IMG/VR virus record: IMGVR_UViG_3300025429_000036
Span: 1 to 38,213 of that record
Direction: 5' to 3' (one strand)
DNA from: a virus
Lineage: Duplodnaviria; Caudoviricetes
DNA: 38,213 nt
Under the pieces are notes generated by a model. The model worked only from the letters and a program-made list of their open reading frames with translations, ran no database searches and had not been told where the DNA came from. Below are positions 30,650-38,086 of the stretch, piece after piece; position 1 is the first letter of the stretch, and each line of letters starts with the position of its first letter. The position numbers and the translations under genes are program-made.

Positions 30650-31033
30650 TGATTTTTCTTCTGATTTTGCTTTTGCATTACCAAATTTTACCAAATCTCC
30701 GCCAAACAAAATAAGTTGTACTGCAACTTTATCTCGGCTAACCCATATAGTTTTGTTGACAGATAGATACCAAGGACAATCGAGGTATTTGTCTAGATGA
30801 AGCATTACTTTGCTAGTATAAACAGTATCTACTATATCAATTTGATAAAATTTTAAGAGATTATGGTTTTTTAAAAAAGTAAAACCATCATATGTCAAAC
30901 GAAGACTACGTTCGCCATTTTCTCTAATGTTTTTCCACCATTTTTGGTAATATTTTTCGACAACTAATGCCACTGGCTCGTATCCAAGCCAATTTGTTAA
31001 AAACTCTACCGTTAATTTATGCTTTATGTCCAT
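30638..31033 (-). CDS. Hypothetical protein (131 aa)
   Basis: Co-oriented ORF overlapping the upstream gene's end; motifs SLRLT..GF, LDKYLDCPWYL. Confidence 0.65.
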   Translation of the reverse strand: MDIKHKLTVEFLTNWLGYEPVALVVEKYYQKWWKNIRENGERSLRLTYDGFTFLKNHNLLKFYQIDIVDTVYTSKVMLHLDKYLDCPWYLSVNKTIWVSRDKVAVQLILFGGDLVKFGNAKAKSEEKSLTQ

Positions 31034-31316
31034 CCGAAATCTTTTGACCTGTGGTTAGTTTGTATACAGAAAAGTCTTCGCAATTATACAACTTGTTTAG
31101 CTTTTCTGCAAGATTAAGAGCATGCCCTGCATTAGAAAAACTAACTTTTTTATATTTCGGGCCTAATTGTTGTGCTAGCACCGAACTGGTTTTAAGATTC
31201 ACTGGACGATCTTTGTAAAAAACAGCCCAAATAGCTTCAGCTTCTAAAACTTGTTCAGTTTTATAGGTTTTTTTATTTGTAATTTCTAATAACACAATTG
31301 GCTTTGGGCGGCTCAT
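31017..31316 (-). CDS. Hypothetical phage protein (99 aa, MSRPKP...)
   Basis: Start placed at ATG 31316 rather than the track's GTG 31343, which lies inside the upstream hairpin. Motif YKKVSFSNAGHALNLAEKLN. Confidence 0.7.
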   Translation of the reverse strand: MSRPKPIVLLEITNKKTYKTEQVLEAEAIWAVFYKDRPVNLKTSSVLAQQLGPKYKKVSFSNAGHALNLAEKLNKLYNCEDFSVYKLTTGQKISDGHKA

Positions 31317-31355
31317 ATAATTATGTGTCGAATATGTCGACACATAATTATTTAT
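31317..31355 (-). promoter_or_regulatory. Perfect 15-bp hairpin abutting the start codon, overlapped by a late-promoter-like ATAAATA
   Basis: Arms ATAATTATGTGTCGA (31317-31331) and TCGACACATAATTAT (31337-31351), 5-nt loop; ATAAATA on the minus strand at 31355-31349. Confidence 0.7.
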
Positions 31356-31363
31356 CTTAAATT

Positions 31364-31594
31364 TTACTTAAAACCCCCACCATCCATGTTTATCGAAATA
31401 ACATTAGGCTGACTTTGTAAATTTTTTAATTGTTCATCTAAATTTCCAGCTAGTCTTGTCATTACAATTGCTAAACTATCAGACAATGCCTGTACTTCTT
31501 TAATATCTAATACCAAATTTTTTTGGTTAGTTTTGATAGAAATTTTAGCTTTTTCTAAGAATTTTTCAATGGCTAACGTATTGAGATTATTCAT
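31364..31594 (-). CDS. Hypothetical protein (76 aa)
   Basis: Coupled overlap with the upstream gene; ends MDGGGF. Confidence 0.65.
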   Translation of the reverse strand: MNNLNTLAIEKFLEKAKISIKTNQKNLVLDIKEVQALSDSLAIVMTRLAGNLDEQLKNLQSQPNVISINMDGGGFK

Positions 31595-32072
31595 TTTTGT
31601 TTACCGAATTTAATACATTTTTCATTTCATTTTCTGTTTTAAAAGGGCCTTGATATGGATATCTCTCTAATGTAATTAGTTTTGGACAAAAACTTTTGAC
31701 CCAACCTTTTCGAAACTTAATAATATAAAAACCTGCACAGTATAGGCTCTTGCTCTTCGAACTTTTAGCATAAATTGGCAATTTTTTTCTTACATTATAA
31801 ACTGGATTAAAAGGTTTTGAACCACACGGATATCCATAAATGCCTTTAATTTCTTCTTTATCAACTATATAATTAGAATTTTCGACTATATTTTCAAAGA
31901 TATTTGGTCCGAAAATTTCTCGAACATCTTTAATATTAGATAATTCTGTTTTATTACCTTTTTGAAAAAAAGAATAACCTTTCTTTTCCTTATTTAAAGT
32001 ACCTAATTTTAGTCCTTGTTCTTCTAAAATCCAGCATTTATTAGGTACTAAAACTTTAACTGTGGTATTCAT
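31587..32072 (-). CDS. Hypothetical phage protein (161 aa)
   Basis: Co-oriented, short overlaps with both neighbours; motif YCAGFYII...FCPKLITLERYPYQGPFKT. Confidence 0.7.
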   Translation of the reverse strand: MNTTVKVLVPNKCWILEEQGLKLGTLNKEKKGYSFFQKGNKTELSNIKDVREIFGPNIFENIVENSNYIVDKEEIKGIYGYPCGSKPFNPVYNVRKKLPIYAKSSKSKSLYCAGFYIIKFRKGWVKSFCPKLITLERYPYQGPFKTENEMKNVLNSVNKNE

Positions 32073-33054
32073 TTATATATCTCGCATTGAGTGGGTTAAC
32101 ATAGCTATCTAACTGTTCGGTAATTTTTAGTAGATCGTGTTTTCCGCAAAATTTAAGCAATCTCAATCCAACTTGACTAATATTTTTATTAGAAATTTTT
32201 GCCGTATTAATCGTTTCTGTAATAAGATCTTTAATATTATCAGGCTGCGCCGTTAAGTCACAAAGTACTACATTTCTTGCATAATCGTCAATAACACGAT
32301 GTTCGGATCCTTCGTGATCTATCCATCGTTGCAACATGAGATTGTTCCAATTGTAACCTTTAGAAATTCTATCCGCATATGCTTCTTGTAATCCAACTTT
32401 AGTTTTAGTTCCTTTGGTTCTGACCCCAGGATATGCACTAAAAATATTATCACTGGTATCTCCTCGCATACACTTCTCAAACAAAAGCCATTCAGGATCA
32501 GGAGCTGGTTTTACTTGCTGAGTTTTTTTATCAACAACCCGCTTCCCTATCTCATCGAAATATCCTTCGTGTGTAATAGTAACTCCAGTAACTCCGTTAT
32601 ATTGTCGAACATTAGAAGAAATTAATTGTGCAAAATCACCATCGGTAGAAATAATAACATGTTTATCATTTGGATGAGACTGAATCCACCCTGCAATTAA
32701 ATCATCAGCTTCTAACTGAGGGTGATGTAACACTGTGCAATTAGTCATGTTTTGCACAAATTCTTTAAATTGATCAAATGTCTCCCAAAACACTCGATCT
32801 TCTTCAGCCTCCGACGGACTTAGAGCTGCTCTAGCTTCTGCTCTCTGTCTTTTATAAGGTGCATAATAATCTTTACGCCAGCTACGTCCTTCGAGGCAAA
32901 AAACAACATGTTTGCCATCAAAGTCTTTCCATGCTTTCTTAATACTAGTTAAGATTGTATGAAGACTAAGCCCTACTTTTTCTTCGAGATTTCCACGTAC
33001 AACATGTCTTGCTCGAAAAAACGTATTAGCAGTATCGACTAAAATGTAAGTCAT
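32056..33054 (-). CDS. rnh: T4 RNase H-like 5'-3' exonuclease (FEN family)
   Basis: ILVD..N, WRK..Y..YK..R, EADDLIA, STDGDF.QL, GDTSDNI acidic active-site motifs. Confidence 0.88.
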   Translation of the reverse strand: MTYILVDTANTFFRARHVVRGNLEEKVGLSLHTILTSIKKAWKDFDGKHVVFCLEGRSWRKDYYAPYKRQRAEARAALSPSEAEEDRVFWETFDQFKEFVQNMTNCTVLHHPQLEADDLIAGWIQSHPNDKHVIISTDGDFAQLISSNVRQYNGVTGVTITHEGYFDEIGKRVVDKKTQQVKPAPDPEWLLFEKCMRGDTSDNIFSAYPGVRTKGTKTKVGLQEAYADRISKGYNWNNLMLQRWIDHEGSEHRVIDDYARNVVLCDLTAQPDNIKDLITETINTAKISNKNISQVGLRLLKFCGKHDLLKITEQLDSYVNPLNARYINEYHS

Positions 33055-33710
33055 GCAAATGGCCTTATATAATAATTTGGAGTAAAAAACTTTTGTTTAA
33101 TATCATTTCGAACAAACATAACGTCTAACTGTACAATTGTATCCTCATGCTTCAAAAAACCACCTTCGACGGCGATGAAATTTTTCGATTTAAAGTATTC
33201 AAGATAATCATGTATATTTGGTGAATCTTTATTATATTCAATAAAAGGACATTCAGTCCAAATCATATCTACCTTATCTATAATAGATTCTGCCCCACTC
33301 AAAATATCTAATTCTGATCCTTGAGTATCGATCTTAATAAAATTAGGAATTGGTAAATTATATTCTTGGATAATACTATCTAAAGTACGACATGGCATCT
33401 TTACAGGAGTAAAGGTATCATGATGAACTGTATTTTCTCGATAATAACTATCACCGCTATTTTTACTATTATAAAATAACACCGAATCTCTACCAGGATT
33501 ACTTAATACTGTATTAAAAAAGTTCCATCCTCCTGCTTGTAAAGTCGGGTTCCATTCAGGATTTGCTTCAAATAGAAAAAATTTCGAATCTGGCACAATT
33601 CCTTTTAAAGCTCGAGAAACATTGCCTTCACATGCCCCAATATCATATATGACATCGAACGACATTCCCTTATTTTTATAATTATAAACAATTTCGATTA
33701 AATCACTCAT
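33051..33710 (-). CDS. FkbM-family SAM-dependent methyltransferase
   Basis: YDIGACEG, FEANP, TLDS, IKIDTQGSELDILSGA. Confidence 0.85.
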   Translation of the reverse strand: MSDLIEIVYNYKNKGMSFDVIYDIGACEGNVSRALKGIVPDSKFFLFEANPEWNPTLQAGGWNFFNTVLSNPGRDSVLFYNSKNSGDSYYRENTVHHDTFTPVKMPCRTLDSIIQEYNLPIPNFIKIDTQGSELDILSGAESIIDKVDMIWTECPFIEYNKDSPNIHDYLEYFKSKNFIAVEGGFLKHEDTIVQLDVMFVRNDIKQKFFTPNYYIRPFA

Positions 33711-34189
33711 TAACTTACTTCTGACCTCCCATTTCCAATTTGTTTAACATCAATAAATCCCATTGCACGCCGTTCCATATTTGCACCGACGGCTGCGCCG
33801 GATTCTCTACAAATCTCAGTGAACCATTGATCGATAACCTCTTCGTCTGTTTCACCATAATATCCTAATGCTTTTAATTCTACTACCTTATACTCGTTCC
33901 AGTCAAGTTCCCAAAAGCCAAATCGTGGATTTTCTGGATTAGTATGGAACCCAACTACTTCAAAATATGGTTCTTTCTTTTCAGTAGCGATTTCTTTCGG
34001 ATTTAATTTAGCTAGACGTTGTTGTTCTTTTCTTTCATTTTCTGCAGCATCGGCTGCAATCTTAGCCGCTTCTGCTTTGGCAATTAACTCATGTGCTTTA
34101 TTTTCTGCTTCGGTTGCAAGTCTAGTTGCTTCTAGAGTAGCAGCTTCTAACTTATCGATACCTAAAACTCTTTTAATAAATTTATTCAT
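33710..34189 (-). CDS. Hypothetical phage protein (159 aa), Ala-rich N-terminal coil
   Basis: Start at 34189 by TAATG overlap with the queE stop; motif GFWELDWN...GY.GETDEEVIDQWF. Confidence 0.7.
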   Translation of the reverse strand: MNKFIKRVLGIDKLEAATLEATRLATEAENKAHELIAKAEAAKIAADAAENERKEQQRLAKLNPKEIATEKKEPYFEVVGFHTNPENPRFGFWELDWNEYKVVELKALGYYGETDEEVIDQWFTEICRESGAAVGANMERRAMGFIDVKQIGNGRSEVS

Positions 34190-35034
34190 TATGTTCCCCA
34201 TGCGTTCTTGAAGAGTGGCACTTGAAGTCTATCGCTATACCTTAATCCATTACGCATTGCTAATTCAGCAACACGGCGATTATTTAGTGAATACACACTT
34301 TCTACACCCCCAACGGGCATTAAGTATACTGGACCTCTAAATCCTGCATCTCGATATACTTTTGCAGTTTCAATTGCTTCTTTTGCATCTTCATCAGTTG
34401 CAACTACAAATTTAAGATAAGTATAGCCAATATCTTCGTAACTACATACGATATCTGGTTTAATTGCATCTTCTCTAGATTCGCCACTGCAACTTAATTT
34501 TGCACTAACAGAAAAAGTGACTTCGTTATCCAAACTTTTTGAGAGCCAATTTATTGTCAAATAATCTTTGAGCTCTGCACTAATTTCTTGAGTTCCATTT
34601 GTTTCAAACGTAATCTCTTTTAACCCTTGCATCTTAGGATGTTCTAACAAATCCGGATAGGCACGTTGCCACCCTAACAACGGTTCGCCGCCAGTAATAA
34701 CTAAATGTTCGTCTCTCCATTCCCCGTAAGGTAGTAAGCTAACAATTTGTTCAGCAATGTCATCGGAGTTCATCATAGGACTAAGATTTTTAAATCGTGT
34801 ATCCCAGCTGGCATAACTATCACAACCTGTACTAACTAACGGTAATTCACCATACGACTTGTACTTGCTAGGATCTATATCAGCAGCTTCTGTGCTAAGT
34901 TCTCCTTTAGGCATACCAAATCCTGCGCACTTAAAATTGCAACCAAAAGTGCGTAAGAAAACTGAAGGAACACCCATATAGCGCCCTTCTCCTTGAATAC
35001 TATAAAACAATTCTGCTACTTTAATTTTACTCAT
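34189..35034 (-). CDS. queE: 7-carboxy-7-deazaguanine synthase, radical SAM (QueE-like)
   Basis: ELFYSIQGEG...VFLRTFGCN, GCDS, VITGGEPLL, ETNGT, YLKFVV, RYSDRLQ; clustered with folE. Start placed at MSKIKV (35034). Confidence 0.9.
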   Translation of the reverse strand: MSKIKVAELFYSIQGEGRYMGVPSVFLRTFGCNFKCAGFGMPKGELSTEAADIDPSKYKSYGELPLVSTGCDSYASWDTRFKNLSPMMNSDDIAEQIVSLLPYGEWRDEHLVITGGEPLLGWQRAYPDLLEHPKMQGLKEITFETNGTQEISAELKDYLTINWLSKSLDNEVTFSVSAKLSCSGESREDAIKPDIVCSYEDIGYTYLKFVVATDEDAKEAIETAKVYRDAGFRGPVYLMPVGGVESVYSLNNRRVAELAMRNGLRYSDRLQVPLFKNAWGT

Positions 35035-35038
35035 ATTT

Positions 35039-35458
35039 TTACCTAGAAATTGGATCTCGATAATCACCTTTGCCGGGGAAAATATTTCTTACTCCGCCGA
35101 CCGGATTATATACATCTCCTCGTCTGCGAGGAATAAGATGAATATGCGGCCACATAATGGTCTGACCAGCTGCTTCACCTGCATTTAACCCAATATTAAA
35201 TGCGTCACATGTTGTTTGAGATACCATAAAATTTCCATGACGAACTGCTTGATCAAACGCAAATCCTAACGCAACTAGTGTATTGTATTTAGGTACAAAA
35301 AGCAAGTGTCCATCAGACACTGGATATTTGTCTCGATATACCGCAACATAAAAATCTTCTTGTAGTATATCATTCCACGGAACATTAGCATCTTTAATAG
35401 AATATGGTCCGTTAAAAATATTATCATTTGAAGATCTAGGAAAAATATTGTCGTTCAC
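35039..35458 (-). CDS. HIT-family nucleotide hydrolase (variant triad)
   Basis: DKYPVSDGHLLFVPK, FNIGLNAGEAAGQT..WPHIHLIPRR.GD; probable GTG start in a GTGA overlap. Confidence 0.85.
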   Translation of the reverse strand: MNDNIFPRSSNDNIFNGPYSIKDANVPWNDILQEDFYVAVYRDKYPVSDGHLLFVPKYNTLVALGFAFDQAVRHGNFMVSQTTCDAFNIGLNAGEAAGQTIMWPHIHLIPRRRGDVYNPVGGVRNIFPGKGDYRDPISR

Positions 35459-36012
35459 TTCAACCACCAATTTTCCCAAGGAAACACTACCCAAAGATCG
35501 TTATTTGCCTTATTAATTTCAATACCTGAATAATCCATTTTAACCTGTGCAATGCTTGAAAGATTATCAACAAGAACTGCAAACTTTACGTTATTATTCC
35601 AAACATCGTTCCATGCAGGATTATCTTTTAAGCAGCTCAAAGGCCAGTCTTTTAATATCCAGTTAAACGTAGCACCTGTATCGTTAATATCGTCAACAAT
35701 AAGAATATTTTTTCTACTTTCAGGATCACTAAACCCTGAAGTTTTATCATTGTTGTCTCTCAATTTATACCCGATTGCATTGTCAGCCATCCAACAATTG
35801 GATTCCGTATCCTTGTTGCTACCTTCTCGAAGGCTAACTTTAAGAGTGTGGCATGGCACATCAAAGTAATGGCTAATCATTACTGCAGGTAGCAACCCTC
35901 CTCGAGTAATTCCTACGATATAGTCGGGCTTCCATCCTGATAAAGTAATATCACGACAAAGTTTTGCAGTTAAAAATTTATATTCATTATAGTCGACAAA
36001 AAGTTTATTCAT
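35455..36012 (-). CDS. Type I purine phosphoribosyltransferase (Gpt/Hpt-like)
   Basis: IVGITRGGLLPA, PRPP loop ILIVDDINDTGAT, C-terminal WVVFPWE; start in a TAATG overlap with the folE stop. Confidence 0.88.
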   Translation of the reverse strand: MNKLFVDYNEYKFLTAKLCRDITLSGWKPDYIVGITRGGLLPAVMISHYFDVPCHTLKVSLREGSNKDTESNCWMADNAIGYKLRDNNDKTSGFSDPESRKNILIVDDINDTGATFNWILKDWPLSCLKDNPAWNDVWNNNVKFAVLVDNLSSIAQVKMDYSGIEINKANNDLWVVFPWENWWLK

Positions 36013-36704
36013 TATCCATGTCCTTTCATGCTTAGACAAATGTCATAAAATTCTTTCTTTAATGCAGGATCGCTGTTAAATGCGCCTAGCATAATTGCTG
36101 TAGTCATGTCGCTTTCGTGCTCGCGAACTCCACGCATAGTCATACAATGATGTTCAGCTTTAACTACCACAGCAATATGTTCAGTCTTAGCATATTCTTT
36201 AAGTGCATCAGCAATCTGTGTGGTCATTTCTTCTTGAATCTGTGGTCTTTCACAAATATGATGTACAAGACGATTAAATTTACTAAGTCCGATTACTTCG
36301 TCTTCGGGTACAATACCTACCCAACATTTACCAACAATATTTTGGAAATGATGTGCACAAGTGCTACGAATACTAATAGGACCTGTAGTATACAAACTCT
36401 TGTAACCCATGTTAGGAAAAGCTGTTACCTTAGGTACTGGGCGATACCGTCCGCTAAATGTTTCTCTAATAAACATTTTAGCTACACGGCGTGCAGTATC
36501 ATTTGTATTATGATCGTGTTTAGTATCGATAACTAGACTTTCTAAAACCCCTTGAAAACGTTCGGTAACTTCATCGACTAGTAAATCAATTTCTTTATCA
36601 TTATAAATGAATTTAGAAATATTATCATTACTATGATATCTTTCTCCAGAACGTTCGATACGATCACGAATTACATTGCTTATACGTTTACCTACATCAC
36701 TCAT
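36012..36704 (-). CDS. folE: GTP cyclohydrolase I
   Basis: TARRVAKM, STCAHH, IGLSKFNR, RPQIQE, HHCMTMRGV (Zn ligands C, H, C present); GGAGA SD. Confidence 0.93.
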   Translation of the reverse strand: MSDVGKRISNVIRDRIERSGERYHSNDNISKFIYNDKEIDLLVDEVTERFQGVLESLVIDTKHDHNTNDTARRVAKMFIRETFSGRYRPVPKVTAFPNMGYKSLYTTGPISIRSTCAHHFQNIVGKCWVGIVPEDEVIGLSKFNRLVHHICERPQIQEEMTTQIADALKEYAKTEHIAVVVKAEHHCMTMRGVREHESDMTTAIMLGAFNSDPALKKEFYDICLSMKGHG

Positions 36705-36713
36705 TATAATTAT

Positions 36714-36743
36714 TCTCCGAGTTTTCGTCGTGGATGACGCTAT
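36714..36743 (-). promoter_or_regulatory. Structured folE leader (hairpin/possible pseudoknot next to the SD)
   Basis: CGUC-AUCCAC-GACG-AAAACUC-GGAGA; loop UCC can pair with GGA of the SD. Confidence 0.35.
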
Positions 36744-36749
36744 GATCTT

Positions 36750-36778
36750 ATAATATACTATTATTTAGGCAGTGTCAA
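36750..36778 (-). promoter_or_regulatory. Sigma70-type promoter TTGACA-N17-TATTAT upstream of folE
   Basis: Perfect -35 (36778-36773), 17-nt spacer, -10 TATTAT (36755-36750). The spacer also contains CTAAATA (late-box-like). Confidence 0.75.
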
Positions 36779-37869
36779 ATTAATCTTTTTAAAATTTCAT
36801 CTGCACTAAAAAAATCTTTACTTAAAATTTCTGTTTGTTTTTTCAAAGTTGGAAGCTTTGTTTCGTAAGATTCCATATGGTCGATAATTTTATTACATAA
36901 TTCTTCTCGATATGTTTCGTAAGAAAAGAAATTTTCTGTCCATTCACTAGGATACTTAAATGTTTCAAAATACATTTCTGAATAACTTAATCGATCAGGA
37001 ACCATCGGTATTGCATCAAGTAATGCACCTTCATAACAACTAATACCTAAAGTTTCTTGCAAATTTGCACTGAATACTAATTTTGCTCGGCTCAATAAAT
37101 TATGATATTCATGTTTAGTTAACTTTTGATCTTGGCAAACTACAAATTCATATTGTGGAAGGCGAATTTTTAAATCTCTAAAAATATCTACCTGTTTTTC
37201 TGGAGCAATACGATGTGGAAATAAAATAAGATTTTGTTTTGGCATATTTTTATATGAAGTTAATAACTCCTCCATATATTCCATAGGCCATCCGGATCTT
37301 ACAATTTTATCACCATCAAATCTTTCTAACCAATCGTCCTGATACCAAGGATTCGATGTCGGCGCTCCGTTATGTAGGAGATTATCGAAAAACATCTTTA
37401 TATGAAAATCGGTAGCAAAATAATTATGATCTATAGCCCAATACATACTCTTTTCGGCATTTCTTACCCAGGGCTTGTCACCAATAAGTCTACCTAGGAA
37501 ATCTTCAGGATCATAACTTCCTGCGTGCCAAAGAGCGTGAATCTTTACAGGAATCTGTAATAATTCACTCATGTATTTAAGATTTATGATGCCAGGATGC
37601 CAAGCATCAGTAAACAAAAAATGATCACCGGAATGAACTGTTCCTGAGCAAAATAATCTAGAAATTTGCTCAACCTGACTAGCTTTATATACATTTGTTC
37701 CACCAAAATTAAGAAAAGCACCAGGAGTAGTAGAACTTGGAATGTCTACAGGACCTGAAATTATTTCTACTTTAATCCCTTGATTTTGAAGTAAATTAGG
37801 TACATGGGTCTTCCATTGACCCGTGTACCGTGTTTCTACTGCTTCAATGTCTACTATATAGACAGTCAT
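36775..37869 (-). CDS. GT-B glycosyltransferase (GT4-like; resembles DUF3524/GTDC1-QTMAN family)
   Basis: FPHRIAPEKQ, AKLVFSANLQETLGISCYEG (E-x7-E donor motif), PMVPDRLSYSEM. Confidence 0.8.
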   Translation of the reverse strand: MTVYIVDIEAVETRYTGQWKTHVPNLLQNQGIKVEIISGPVDIPSSTTPGAFLNFGGTNVYKASQVEQISRLFCSGTVHSGDHFLFTDAWHPGIINLKYMSELLQIPVKIHALWHAGSYDPEDFLGRLIGDKPWVRNAEKSMYWAIDHNYFATDFHIKMFFDNLLHNGAPTSNPWYQDDWLERFDGDKIVRSGWPMEYMEELLTSYKNMPKQNLILFPHRIAPEKQVDIFRDLKIRLPQYEFVVCQDQKLTKHEYHNLLSRAKLVFSANLQETLGISCYEGALLDAIPMVPDRLSYSEMYFETFKYPSEWTENFFSYETYREELCNKIIDHMESYETKLPTLKKQTEILSKDFFSADEILKRLI

Positions 37870-38075
37870 CCCTTGGTCCTAGAAACTCTTTCTCGACGAT
37901 ATCCTCGTCGATCGTTATTTGACTTCGCAAAAAAGTCTCGCCATTCCCTAGACTTATACAAGTCTGCTGGGTCAAATCGGAGAAGATTGAATCGGCAATG
38001 ATCCAACCAAGCTTCAAGATCCTCATAGATTCGAACTACTTCGGGCTTCATCGAACGATTCTTAACACTCGCCAT
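37866..38075 (-). CDS. Small basic hypothetical protein (69 aa)
   Basis: GAGGT SD; ATGA overlap with the glycosyltransferase gene. Confidence 0.65.
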   Translation of the reverse strand: MASVKNRSMKPEVVRIYEDLEAWLDHCRFNLLRFDPADLYKSREWRDFFAKSNNDRRGYRRERVSRTKG

Positions 38076-38086
38076 TTAAAATTACC

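Noticed and set aside
36012-36704. FolE as a folate auxiliary gene serving DHFR/TS, or as QueF-like
   Set aside because: Linked to queE and queD-like genes with no folB/folK/folP in the window, and it retains the Zn ligands of GTP cyclohydrolase I. A side role in folate is not excluded.
27110-38026. Plus-strand and alternate-frame ORFs over the minus-strand block (e.g. 27110-27394, 28939-29178, 36117-36536, 37844-38026)
   Set aside because: Overlap better-supported genes almost entirely and have no protein-family features.
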